Source: Takakia lepidozioides
Lineage: Eukaryota > Plantae > Bryophyta
Direction of reading: 5' to 3'
Length of the DNA stretch: 64,000 bases
Assembly: GCA_030704615.1 (NCBI GenBank)
Contig: CM060731.1
Location: 76,322,001 to 76,386,000 of the forward strand
Shown: positions 51,718 through 64,000 of the stretch, piece after piece
Position numbering within the stretch: the first letter of the stretch is position 1
Layout: each line of letters begins with the position of its first letter
The notes under the pieces: generated by a model
The model's input: only the letters and a program-made list of their open reading frames with translations
Database searches by the model: none
What the model was told of the DNA's origin: nothing
Program-made: the position numbers and the translations under genes

Positions 51718-54214
51718 TCACAATTTCACAGTAGCTCCCTGGACTCCCACGCTCTTGCCATGTTGGGTACTATCCAATTCGAACTCAGAGTTCATGCCAT
51801 GGCGGGATTGGTCATATTTTTCCCCATCACCCCACAACGCATACGCCTCCTCACCGTGTGCGGCGTCATCACCCACCAGCAATTGGTCGTCAGACATCCG
51901 GAGCGGGACGACAAGCTTGATGGCGTTGAGGATGACGCTCGTGGCGATGAGGTTCCACACAATGATGAACAATGCTCCCCCCGCCTGCTTCATTAGCTGC
52001 CTGCCACCCTTGTGAACATCGTATACTAAACCTCTTTCATGTGCCACTGCCACGAAGTAGCTGCTCAACGTTGGTTCCGCAAACAATCCAGTCATAAGCC
52101 CCCCCAGGGTGCCGGCAACGGCATGTGTGTGGAAGACGCCCAGGGTGTCATCGATGGACTTTAGAAGTGTGCTTCTTTTGTGCACTACCATCATTGTGTA
52201 CCACGGCACACTCCCTGACACCAGCCCCATCACGATGGCGGCCCAGCCTTCCACCACTCCTGCGTGGTCCATACAAGAGTGCTTCAATATCTAGATCTAA
52301 TTGCCGATCGTTTGCATTATTTCATACAACATGGGCTAGCTGTCCCGTTAGCTGTTAGCTGTACTAGATCACAGATCAATGTATAGATCTATCTTGTCTA
52401 GACCTTTCCAAATTGATCTGATTAAAGATAGCACATATTAAGCATCAGATTAGGCTGGAAGTTTGGGATCGAAGTTTAATCCGGTCCAGTATGCTCATAG
52501 ACGATATGTCGGAGAGTCTTACGTCTAACATTGAACCCTCCATCTCCCCAAGCTACATGCACAATCATGGCGGTGATAGGCGCCACAAGGGCGCAACTGA
52601 GTGACAAGCGGCCCATCGGGTATGATGAACTTATTTAAATTAACCTTGAGCAGCATCAACTCGTAGCAAACTAGAACAACCTGGTCGCATGGCTTCAGTT
52701 CACTTTAGTCGCAATAAGATCAGGCATAGATCTATGCTCCTGGAAAGGGCTGCTCTAGGTCTAGGTGGTGCAATGTGTTACTAACATTATCAACAGACAT
52801 AATAGCACGGTAAGAGGGCTATGAGAGACATACCTGCAGCAGGAGTGATGGCAACAAGCCCCGTAATCATACCCTGCACTGCCCCAATCACTGATGGTTT
52901 GCCAAATGTTAATGTATCCAGTAACAACCACGTCAGAAGACTGGTGGCCGCGCACACGTTGGTGTTCACTACTGCAATGGATGCGTCTATATTAGCTGAA
53001 TATGGATCTCCTCCGTTGAAGCCAGCCCACCCCACCCATAGCAAACCTGCCCCTGCCAGCATAAGTAGAACATTGTTGGGAGGGAATCGTTCCCTATCCT
53101 TCGTCAGTCTTGGGCCCACCTGTAACAATGCGATTAATCCACGTGAGCAAAAGTGAGAGGTTGAACGATCAAGCTTACAACTGGGAGGCCGAATGTAGAA
53201 ATTCTGTCTGTACACTTACGGTCATGACCTTGAAGGAAGGGCCGGCCCTACACACAGGCATATACATAACACACGTGGTTACACTATCAAGAGATTTGGT
53301 ATGTTGAAGACATGTAACAAATGTGAATTATGAGACGATCAAATCCTACATGATCAGGCACTACTTACCTGTGTGTACGACAGGAAATATGGCAGCCAGA
53401 GCTCTAGATATGTAAGATTTAACCAGTTTCAATCTCAGGCCTAAGGATCATGACTTGGACCCGGGCTGGACAAGGTTAGGAATTTCAGAACCAGGAGCTA
53501 TTCGCCCTCGAGAACAGTTTCAAATTTACAAGATCTATGTAGGAAGAAAGTTATATGAAAAGGTACCCAGTAGGCAGCCGTAAGGCCGGCCACACCAGAA
53601 GACAGATGGATAACATAACCACCGGAGTAGTCAATAGTACCCCATTGCCACAAGAATCCTCCTCCCCAAATGCTGAAGGCCCCAACTGTGTAAGAAAAAG
53701 TGAGCCAGAGCGGCACGAACATCATCCAAGCATGGAAGTTCATTCTTCCAAGCACCGAGCCGGCCAGTAGAATGAGAGTGATGGCCGCAAACACAAACTG
53801 GAAGTAGACCATGGTGGCCATTGGATATAATAGTTTTTCTGGGCTGGAGTTATTGTCGTGGACCCCTGTTGCATACAGAATTGCTTGCTTCTGCATGAAC
53901 TTGTAGCTCAATGTTGTGCGGGCCTTGCCCCAAATTGGCACTAGCTGGTGTCCAAATGCCATATTATATGCCCATAGCACCCAACACAGCAGCACGCATG
54001 CATATGCGTAGAAAGCCATGAAGGCTGAATTGACAGCCCACTTCTTTTTCACGATACTGCCGTACAATATGACAAGGCCTGGCACACTCTGCATTCCGAC
54101 GAGAGTGGCGGCGGTCATCTGCCATGCATTGTCACCCTTATTTAACCAGTCTGGATTGGGTTGAGTACCCGTTACATATGCGGATGCAATGGTGGGCACG
54201 GTTGCATTCGACAT
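51718..54214 (-). CDS. AMT2: Ammonium transporter, AMT2 (MEP-like) family, 3 exons, 491 aa
   Basis: Exons 54214-53567, 53119-52834 and 52259-51718 (GT-AG, in frame). Motifs [53 protein letters not shown] and [12 protein letters not shown]. Confidence 0.97.
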
Positions 54215-57200
54215 TTTGTAATGCACTACTCTTGGGGAGGCGCTCGAGCGAAATATATTCGAGGATTATCTGCAAGCTCCTTCTACGTCATTGAAGCATG
54301 TTCTCATGCTTTCCAAAAGTTGTCCTTGCTGCACTGCCTCCAACCTCCGTCCCTCGTGAACCTGTCATCTCACCATCGGGCCCAGGTACGTTAAAAACAG
54401 ATCAATCATAATGTCGCAACCAAAGTCTGTCCTAACTTATATTGCACATCACTGGGTTTTGTGAGAAGTTTGAAAGCCAATTGAAAAGGACAAAGTGGAT
54501 TCAAAATGACTGACACCTGGGTGACCGAGTCTAAAAATGATCGACCTCTTGTTTTTTTAACAAGTAAACTACATATCATGACATTTTGACAGCCGCTTGG
54601 GTCATGTGAGCCTATATAATACATGTTCTGCACTGATAGATCCTCTACAAATCCACAGGTTCTACGATTTGATCGATCGAGCTTTTTGTCTACATATACA
54701 TGTGAACCACGGTCGATCAGTTTTCGGAGTCATTAATTCGTATGTAGAGCATCTGCTGGCAATCACATATAGGTAGTTTCTGCGCAGTTCACTCTCTAGT
54801 AGTGCAAATTTAAGAGCACTTTGTCCATAATATGAGATAGGGTCTATTCAAAACTTTCGGGTTAAGTATACAGACTGATTGGCAATGTATGCGCAATCCA
54901 CCAAGCTTAAAGTATAAAGTACTAGAACTTTGCTCTCCGGTATACAGAGGTGGTTGTGGAGTTCAGCACTGTAGTTCGAGACCACCATCAGTTGCCCAGT
55001 AATTTGAGGTCTGCCGGTCAGTCTATGAAAGCTCGAAGGAATGTAGCCTGGTCGTTGCTGAATCGTGGAAACATTGGACCAGGTCATTTGAACTTATATG
55101 TCTACAATCCGTCTACAATTTAAGACGATCTGAATCTCGCCTGGGGCGGCAACTCCCTTATAATCAGCAGGGGGCACCGGCATAATAACTAGATCCAAAG
55201 CTGAATTATGGTTTATTATAGCCATATAATAACTTATAATATGGTTATCTACATTTGGGCTGGACCTGTGATTTATAATAATTATTCGCACTATTATGTT
55301 GTATCGCACTTTCCATCGACAAGGTGAGTACAAGCAAGGAACTTCCGATCTGCAAGACTGGCGGCTTGCTGAACAGAACAGCTCGTTGTTGAAACACTAA
55401 ATCTAACTAGCAACGAGCGGTCAACCCTAACCTTAATTCTAATAATAATTTATTATAACTTATAATATAATATAAGATGTATAATAATTATTAAATAACC
55501 AAGAAAAATAGAGAGGTTCTGAACGGAGACCCTTATTATATGTTTATTATTGGTCCGTTCCTATATGATATGATTTCTGATTACCCTAAGTTTTATACCA
55601 TTGCATTTGTATTGCAATGTACTTTTCAGCTATGGCTCTTAGAAGGTCATCATATAAAGTGGTTCATCAAAATAAGCATAATAAGACATAATAAAAGTGA
55701 AAATAATATGTATGAGTTGCCGCCCCAGGGAATGTCGTTCTTATCTTCTTAAGCAAAAATCCAACAACTGTATGGGTCCTCAAAGAGCTCGTCCTTGCAG
55801 AAGAGACTAAACCTACTAGAAAGGCTAAACATGGATCCCCAAGCGATCAAAGTTCTGTATCTACTTTTTTGTAGAACTTTACATACGGCCAGAAATTCAC
55901 TTCCCCCTCAGCCCGACATTCGAACTTTCTATAGTACTTTGAATTGCTTCGCACGAGATTGCGAATACTTTTCATTTTCTTGCATGGGTTTGCACCGTGC
56001 TTGAGTAGATATTTGCACCAGAAGTTCAGAACAACCTATGAAGCACCTAGGTAACTGTGGCCAATTTTCTAAAGTTTTTCGTAACATCTGAAGCTGGTTT
56101 CACCCCCATCATGCCTTTGAACTTCGCATGATCTCTCTGCCCAGAGGTTGTTAGCTAGATTGATATGAGCAAAGAAAGGTTGACTAAACATGCAGTCCAG
56201 GTGGTGGAAAGCAGGCTGCCTGATTCCAGACAAGTCTATTTGTAGACCTATTCTAGAAGACAGCGCGAAAATTTCTTGCAGCTAAAAGGCCCCATAGGAC
56301 TATTCACACTATCCACTTCAGGAACAGCATATATGAATTCTAAACATGTTCTTGAAACCAACTTGAAAATATAGACTTTACCTCTAGGAAGGTATAGTGT
56401 AGAGCTTATCTGCCTGGATCTAGAACACACTTGAAGTAGTACAAATAAGTCATCGACAGTGCACTAAAACTTTCTAGCACCTGCGTAGCAGCAAGCTTTA
56501 TGAGACAGGCACCAGCAGGCATAATGTTTTTTCCCTCATCCAATCTGCAGTAACCGGTCGATGAATCTGGCCCATGTCAAAAAGCTCGACCGCCTCGCAC
56601 TTCAATTCAGCTAGCGAACTAGTTAGTACATAGCTAGGTACTGCATTTTGAGAGAGTCGAGTAGAAGCTTCGTTCATGAAGCTCTAGTAAGTAATAACAG
56701 ACATTTGGGCCACACATGTGAATGGGAAAGTCCTAGAAAGCTCTAGAGAGTAGAGATCTAGAGAAGACTGTACCTGCACTGGAGGAGGGAAGCAGATTCA
56801 GCTCTGGCTTGCACGGGGCTGTCAGCTCGTGCTAATGGGTGCAGTGCTGTTGTTAAGTAGCAGGACCTTGCCTAGACAGCGGTGGAGGTGGCGGGCCGGC
56901 CGGTTTCCCTCTACGAGCTTGACATCCACAAGATTCAGCTAACAAGGGGCTTAGATAGGATCATGATCTACCTATCCTTTCCTCTCGATGCAACTTCCAG
57001 CAGAATTGAAAGTTTGACCAGGGAGAGCTTGTCTAGCCTTTCTTCCCACGGTTCGGGATGGTCTGAAGTTAAAATTAAGCCTACCTCAAGCAGCCTTATC
57101 TTCCAGAGGCCTATTTATCGATACTTGACAATTACACCTCTTAAAGCTTCCTGACTGGTATAGAAGCTGCCAGGCCCTTGCCGAAGTACTTACACGAAAA

Positions 57201-58002
57201 AATTGTACTTGGAAATACTTTGTCCACTGTGATAGAAGACAACAAAATATGTTTGACAGCTGTAGCTACTAATTCCCTAAGAGACAATAATCCGAGTGTG
57301 GATGACAGTGGAAGGGGGTTGAGAGGGATGACATAGTACAGTTCAGAGGAAACGGTGGTACGAAGGGAGCGTATTATGGCACGCTCGTCGTTTCCTAATT
57401 CTCGAAACTGCCGCCTCGCTAGCTCTGTCGGCGTCTTTGGCCCAAAAATCCAAGCGAGTCTCTTCTTAAAAAGAAATGGGTTGCACAGCTGCCAAGCTCT
57501 CTATCCATCTCTCACCTTTAGAAGTTAATTTCAGCAGTCCTGAATCCCCGAGATCCAGCCTGCATACAAATTATTTCTTCCAGCTACGATCCGGAATCCC
57601 AGTTCCTATGTACGTGGTACTGGCAACGATGAAGTGAATATGCACATCCATCGACTTCGCCTAGTTTGGGAGCCTCGTACCCAAACGTCAACGGCATTCG
57701 AGGTTGCCAAATTGGGACCCACAACTGCATTCCTGCAAAGTAAATGCGGGGAAGAGATGGAGAAACCCTGGAGCCCTTGACTTCGTGGCAGTGCCCATCC
57801 TTTGTCGGATGCGATAGCGAGGTGCGAGACGACAAGATAAGTTACAGGGGCCCAGCCTTCGACCTCGCTACCTCAGTTCTTCCCCCTAGGAAGTCTTGAC
57901 TTTTCTCATTCACTGGACGTTAAAGAAACTTTATCTTTTATCTTATCTCTGTGTTGTTCCGTGTAACTCATAATAACCACTTGGGTGATCTTGGGTTTAA
58001 TC

Positions 58003-58250
58003 CAGTGTTGGCCGGGTACCATGTTTTGAGCCCTCTTCTGGTCCGGTTATGGCCTACTCCTTGAAAAAAAAGGATGGCCCGGGCAGGGTATATCAATAGG
58101 TTTGAAAAACATATTGGTTACAGGTTCTCATTAAATTTCACATGAATTTTTTCTTGTCCGGTTCTCAATCTACCGGTTATGCCATCTTAAAAATTGCCGG
58201 GTCCATGGTACCGGTTATGGGATTCATCCATTTTATATTTTTACTTTCTC
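58003..58250. mobile_element. hAT terminus A (CAGTGTTGGCCGGGTA)
   Basis: TIR plus CCGGTT subterminal repeats, preceded by GTTTAATC; right boundary approximate. Confidence 0.75.
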
Positions 58251-58284
58251 TAGCATTTGTGTGTGTGTGTGTGAAAGTACACAA

Positions 58285-58356
58285 GAGGGTTGTGGCCTGG
58301 TGGTAAGCCACTGGTGGGTTGGCCTGTGGGTCTCGGGTTCAAACGTTCAACCCCTA
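58285..58356 (+). other. tRNA-like remnant (pseudo-tRNA or SINE head)
   Basis: GGGTTG/CAACCC acceptor-like stem, A box TGGCCTGGTGG, B box GGTTCAAAC. No clean anticodon arm. Confidence 0.5.
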
Positions 58357-58728
58357 TCATCTATCTATTGCAGGCTCCCCCCTAATACACTAAGTTTATA
58401 ACTACCCAAAAGCCCAACTAATTAATTTCCTATTTATTTGGGCATCCTCAATGTTGTGCACCTAATCTCCCCAACCAATGTCATCAAGATGACAACGATG
58501 TGTTTTGTCCTTTACTTCAATTTAAATGCAAAAATATTATTTGAAGGTTTCTAGCAATAATATCAAGGCACGACCCCTTGTGGTTTTTAAGCTTTTAGTT
58601 TGTTTCTTATAATATGATATTTATATGCATTTGACATGTTTTCACGGGAGATCTCCTCTCGTCTTCTCTCCCCTAAACCACCATGTAATAATCGAATGAT
58701 ACGTTTTGCATAAGTTGGGAGAAACTAC

Positions 58729-59539
58729 CAGTGTTGGGCGGTTCTTGCATTTGTGAAGGAACCTTCGGTTCCGGTTCCACAATTATTTCAAGAGACGGTT
58801 CCGGATCCGGTTCCGGTTTTTCTTTATTGAGCCGGTTCCGGTCCAGTTCCGGATCCAACTTTTAAACATGGGGGCGGTTCCGGTTACCGGTTAGTTGCTG
58901 ATAAAAACCATCGGTTCCGGTTAGGTTCCGGTTCTATTTTAAAAATATATTTATTTAATTTAATTAGAATTAAAATATTTTATCAGTCCGGTAGATTAAA
59001 TAGCAGTGTATTCACATATTTGAACTAAAATCCAACGATTTTGTTAGTTTTCACTAACACAAAAAAACAAACAAAAATACTCTAAATAAACTGGTAGAAG
59101 AAAATGGGTAAAATTTTATGGGTTGAAAGTACTATTCAGCTACCTGGCAAGTATTGGCATCTTCAAACATTTTATTAATGAACTTAGCCAGGATATCATG
59201 GAGCCGGAGATTGAACCCAAGATCTCATGGCGCTGAAGCATTGAACATAGAATTTCATGGCCTTCAAGCATTGAACCCGGGATCTCAGGAGCTTGAGAGC
59301 ATTAAATAAGTTTTGCCCTGGGCCCACCAGCCCCACCAAGGGGTCAAGAACCTGAACCTGTTTTTACCCCATGCGCCCCGGTTCTCCGGTTCTCACATCC
59401 AGCAGGAACCGCCGGTATTGGCAGGTTCCGGTTCCGGGTCAGGTTCTGTAGGAATGGGCCCGGTTCCGGTTAACCTGAACCGACGGTTAACCTGAACCGA
59501 CGGTTAACCTGGGTCCCGGCGGGTAACCGCCCAACACTG
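58729..59539. mobile_element. Non-autonomous hAT element (MITE)
   Basis: Perfect 15-bp TIR CAGTGTTGGGCGGTT/AACCGCCCAACACTG; perfect 8-bp TSD GAAACTAC; dense GGTTCC subterminal repeats. Confidence 0.95.
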
Positions 59540-59828
59540 GAAACTACCTATGAAGTGCACGGGAGATCTCCCTTTTGCAATGTACTCTCGAGCGATTTCC
59601 GCAAGAGGAACCTGTCTTGCTATAGTCATTTATTTTGCAAAGAACTATGTTAGTTTTCCAAACAATCCTTGAAAATCCATAAGTTTACGCTTTAATTAAT
59701 TGTTCATACTGAATATAATATTATTTCCATAATTATTAATTATTTAATATTGTTGATCAAATGTCCAGATTTCATCCTTTTGTCCATATTTACTTTAAAT
59801 CGAGTTTATTATCTCCCGTCTATAGGGC

Positions 59829-60571
59829 GGCCCAAGTATCCAATGTCATCTAAGTCCAAATGCATTTTTTTTTCACAGAGCCTACGACCAGATTTGAACC
59901 GGAAACCTTTCTGTTTGTATCTGTCATGTCGAGGCTCTCGTGAACTTCCAGTGACCAAAAGTACTTGGAATTCCACATCTCCCACACCGCAGGTCCAAAA
60001 ATTATGAGACCAAGCCCTTGCACTCCTCCTCGTCGAGGGCTTTCCAACGGTACTAAGCAACAAGGCTGGGGCCTTGCGGTTTGGGACATCTCAACGTGAC
60101 AAAACAAAACAAAACAAACAAACTGTTTTGTTTTGCAGCGTCGTTGAGATTTCCCAAACCACGGGCCAACGCGGGTGCTTGGTGTCGTTGGAAAGCCCTG
60201 GATGAGAAGAGGTGCACCGGCTGGGTCACTTGGGCCAACATGCTACCCTAGTTGATATGAAACAAGGTAGTTTGTTTGTTTGTTTGTTTTGTTTTGTGGC
60301 GTTGAGATCTCCCAAACCACGGGCCTAGCCCCGGTGCTTGCTACCATTGGAAAGCCCTAGAGGAAGAGGGGTGCACCGACTTGGTCTCATGATTTTTGGA
60401 CCTGCGGTGTGGGAGATATGGAATTTCAAGTACTTTTGGTCGCCGGAAATTCGTAAAAAATTAGCAAACTGGGCTTTCTTAGAACAATGACGAGGAGATC
60501 TCCCAAACTTTAGGGTCTCTGGATACATATGGGATTGCACTTGGACTTAGATGACACTGGACACTTGGGCC
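59829..60571. repeat. Foldback (long imperfect palindrome) element
   Basis: Outer arms GGCCCAAGT.TCCA.TGTCATCTAAGTCCAA.TGCA and their reverse complement; 59950-60120 is inverted at 60270-60445; another copy of the arm lies at 63250-63426. Confidence 0.8.
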
Positions 60572-61614
60572 AACGACAATGCCGCTACCCTAGTAAGTAA
60601 TACAAAATAGAAATCGAGAACAACATGCATGACAATATGAACTTCATCTAAATTTGGGGTGATACAAACTCAATTACATAATGCATGTTAGGCCATATGA
60701 AACTTGTTTGACACAATTCCTTGGGAAATCGCCTTAGAGCTCACAAATCTACCAAACCTACATTTATTTTATTTTATTTTTTTCCTCTTATCAAAAATCT
60801 ATGAAATTCTTCAAAATAAATTGGTCCGACACTGCAACACCATACTAGTGTGTTTGGCCCTCGTTGCCTCCTGCTCGTTGGAGGAACCTCCACGCTACCA
60901 TCCACAGTCTCCCCTAAGTTTAAGCGCGATGTCAACTGGAGACAGTGAGGAGCAATACATCCTCAAGGCTCCACTAACTTGCATGCTAGCATTTGCTTCA
61001 CATTCACTTATGATGAGTAGTGCTTATGTCTACGCTTGTTCCACGCTCATTTCATAGCTACAACAAAAACGGGGTTTTACGATTGGGATTCATGACTATT
61101 TTCTAGTAGTAAGTCCCTCATGATTAGCAGTCGAAAAACCCTAGTCGTAGAGCAACTATTATGGGCTCTCTTGCTTGGCAAAACATAAGAGACGAGACCA
61201 TGACTCAACACAACACACCAATCGAAGCCTTGACACGGTGTAAGGTCCTTGACCACATTTTCTTTGTTCACTCTTCAACATGACCTAGGTGATCTAGATC
61301 AAAGTGTTCATTTCCAACAGAAGCGAGGAGTCTTTTGGGATGATGCTTCCAAGGGAGAAGTCCTCTTTCTTTCTATGTGGGACGAGTCAGTAAAGATTTG
61401 TAATAAAATGAATACCTTCTGCTATTTCGCTGATGTCCCTCCCGGCCATGGTGGAGGGTTGAACCCTAAACCTGCTCACGGAGATAGTATTGGATATAGT
61501 GGCAAGACATGAGATGTACTCATTCATGGATGGATTCAATATTGCATTCAATATTTTCAGCCATATTTTCAGCCAAAAGGCACAGCCCATCATGGGTCTA
61601 ACCAAGGATTAAAC

Positions 61615-61850
61615 CAGTGTTGGCCGGGTATGGCATCTGGACATGCATACCCGGCGGTTATTTGCCGGTTATGCACATATGCATACCCGGAAAGTGCAGC
61701 CCCCGAAGGAACCGGCTATGGAAGGGAACCGGCAAAAGCCATCGAGCTTCCTAACCGGCTAGAGAACTCGCATTGTGATTATAAGGGTGTTATACCCGGA
61801 GCAGGATCCGGAGCAAATGGGGATGGCGTAGCGGCGGTTCTAGATAATAT
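61615..61850. mobile_element. hAT terminus B (CAGTGTTGGCCGGGTA)
   Basis: Same 16-bp TIR as 58003 but different subterminal sequence (ATACCCGG repeats), preceded by GATTAAAC; right boundary approximate. Confidence 0.75.
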
Positions 61851-62431
61851 AGGTATAGGGGTTGGTGATGGTAGGGTGATGGTAGTTAAGATTATTGCAG
61901 ATGGACAGATGTAATTACAAGAATCTGTTCTATAATCAGAACTCATCAGGTGTACAAGGGGAGATCTCTCGTGCTACATACAAAATGCACGGATCCATCA
62001 AATACAATATCAGATACAATGTCAAATACAATGTCAGCTTGTTGTTGTTGCTCTCAGACCCCCCACCGCTAGGGGAGGTCTCCCGTGCAACATACGAAAT
62101 GCCAGGAACTGTCACAACAAAAGAAAGTAAAATCTGGAATATTTCACATGAAGTTCAACTTCTCTATTAGAGAATAAATCTGGCGGACAAAACAAAAGAT
62201 ATTTGTCACATTTGAAGACCAAATAAGAATCCAGTAAGTAAATGTCGAAAAGACATCGAGACATACCACGAGAGATCTCCCGTGCTACATCTGACATCAA
62301 TAGCACCAACTCAAAAATACAATCTAGAACGTCATAATTCATCATGGCCCACTGTGGAAATCGATACATATAGATATATGTTATTCCTGGACTTTGGAAA
62401 GTCTAGATTTACTTAAAATTGAGTACTGTAT

Positions 62432-63186
62432 TATATCAATAATGATTGGATATTACTACTCAATAAATCCATGGAAAGAAATTAATCGGGCCTTGACATG
62501 GGAGACGTACTTGGACACATAGGAGATTGCACAGTAGGTTTAGATGGGCCTCGACATGGGAGACGCACATTGGAGATGCCCTTGAATACATAGCAAACAC
62601 ACTTGGGCTTAGATGACTATGGACACTTGGGCCTCTACATGGAAGATGCACTTGGATACATAGAAGATTGCACTTGGGCTTAGATGGGCCTCGACATAGG
62701 AAACGCCCAGGGTTACATAGGAAAGATTTCAATTCTTCACACATGGGCCAACGACACAGGCTACCCTAGAGGTCGCATTTGGGCCTCAACATAGGAGACG
62801 CTTGGACACATATAAGGAGATTGCACTTGGGCTTAGATGACACTAGACACTTGGGCCAATGGCATAGGCTACCCTAGAATTGATTAGGGTAGCGTGTGTC
62901 GTTGGCCCAAGTGTTTATTGTCATCTAAGTCCAAGTGCATTAATCCCCTATGTATCAACCAAGTGCGCCTCCTATGTCGAGGCCCTGCATATATGTGTGA
63001 ATTGAAATCGATATACTAAAATGAAGTTGGATGTTTATTTAGTTACAAAGAATGTGTGGCACATGAATGAACTAATATTTTAAATAATATTGTAAATTCT
63101 ATATATACAATCGTATATTGAAAAACCCAATTTTATTTTTTCCATGAATTTATTGAGTAGTAATATATTCAATCATTACTGATATA
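62432..63186. repeat. Foldback element with a tandemly amplified left arm
   Basis: ~55-bp outer inverted repeats; centre CTACCCTA-gaattgat-TAGGGTAG at ~62869-62892; a GGGCCTCGACAT..CTTGGACACATAGGAGATTGCAC-like unit is repeated ~5 times. Confidence 0.8.
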
Positions 63187-63654
63187 TCTCCTATCAAGGC
63201 TTGAATCATTGTTGCAGGAAAGCCCACTTTGTTATTTTTCACGAATTTCCAGCGACCAAAAGTACTTGAAATTCCATATCTCCAACACCGCAGGTCCAAA
63301 AATCATGAGACCAAGTCGGGTACGTTGCACCCCTCCTCATCAAGGCTTTATAGCGGTACCAAACACCACGCCTGGGCCTCGCGATCTCTGGGACATCTCA
63401 ACGCTACAAAACAAAACAAACAAACAGTCTTGCTTCATATATTGATTACAATGATTTGATATTCACATACCTTATCACATAGTACAAGGTAGCAGGATTT
63501 GAGCTGAGAACCACTAGGGTAACACAAAATGCATTGTCCATTTTAAAGTTCAAAAGGTTTTAAAAATTCAAAAAGGTTGATAATTAGAATGTAGGGTTGC
63601 GGGGTCTCTATGCAACACTTGGTTTTTTTTTGGCTTTGGCGTGCTTCACCTACA

Positions 63655-64000
63655 TTCTGAAACCTGATGAACTTGTTGATGCTTGTTTGCAATGCGTGTG
63701 CTCGAGCAACCCTAGAAAACGGCAAAGTTGGAATTATACCAGATGTCATAATTCTAAAATTTGCCCTATTGCACATCTATCCCAAATGGGGGAGCATTGA
63801 AGATGCAAATGCAATGTTCAATAATAATCAAGGTGTGGTGACGTCGTGGAGTGCGATGATCACAATATGCTCTTGACAATGGACATGGGATGCAGATGCG
63901 GATGGAGGCTTTAAAGAACTATGAGCAAATGATGCGAGATGGATAAGCCAACTGACCACATCACATTTGTTCGCATTTGCAATGCATGTCTGAGCATGGT
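63655..64000 (+). pseudogene. Degenerate PLS-class PPR fragment (runs off the window)
   Basis: VCNACARATLENGK..GIIPDV..IYPKWGSIEDANAMFN..SWSAMI..YEQMMRDG..DHITFVRICNAC. Confidence 0.8.

Noticed and set aside
54215-54226. ORF-track start for AMT2 at 54226
   Set aside because: It is a GTG; the first ATG is at 54214.

Overview
Repeat-rich nuclear DNA of a land plant, most likely a moss or another seed-free plant (inferred from the Tcn1-type chromovirus, the half-tRNA-primed copia and the PLS-PPR sequences). Two genes are intact, both on the minus strand: a 13-exon CAAX prenyl protease STE24/FACE1 (37434-42487, 424 aa) and a 3-exon AMT2-family ammonium transporter (51718-54214, 491 aa). The rest is mostly decayed genes (UPL1/HUWE1 fragment, frameshifted BAHD acyltransferase, nocturnin-like EEP gene, PLS-PPR fragments, OSB-type PDF repeats) and transposons (a full-length gypsy chromovirus, a Tcn1-like chromovirus, a deleted copia, a pogo remnant, hAT MITEs, a tRNA-derived SINE, foldback repeats). 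The strongest unexpected signals are: (1) a ~4.7-kb inversion that splits both the Tcn1 element and the nocturnin-like gene it sits in, supported by the TSD and by exon order; (2) a second inversion inferred from a reverse-complement hAT TSD; (3) a copia 3' LTR followed by a half-tRNA primer site; (4) a hairpin-dense retrotransposon 3' UTR; (5) PPR motifs joined to ssDNA-binding PDF repeats. All family assignments come from motif recognition by eye, with no database searches.
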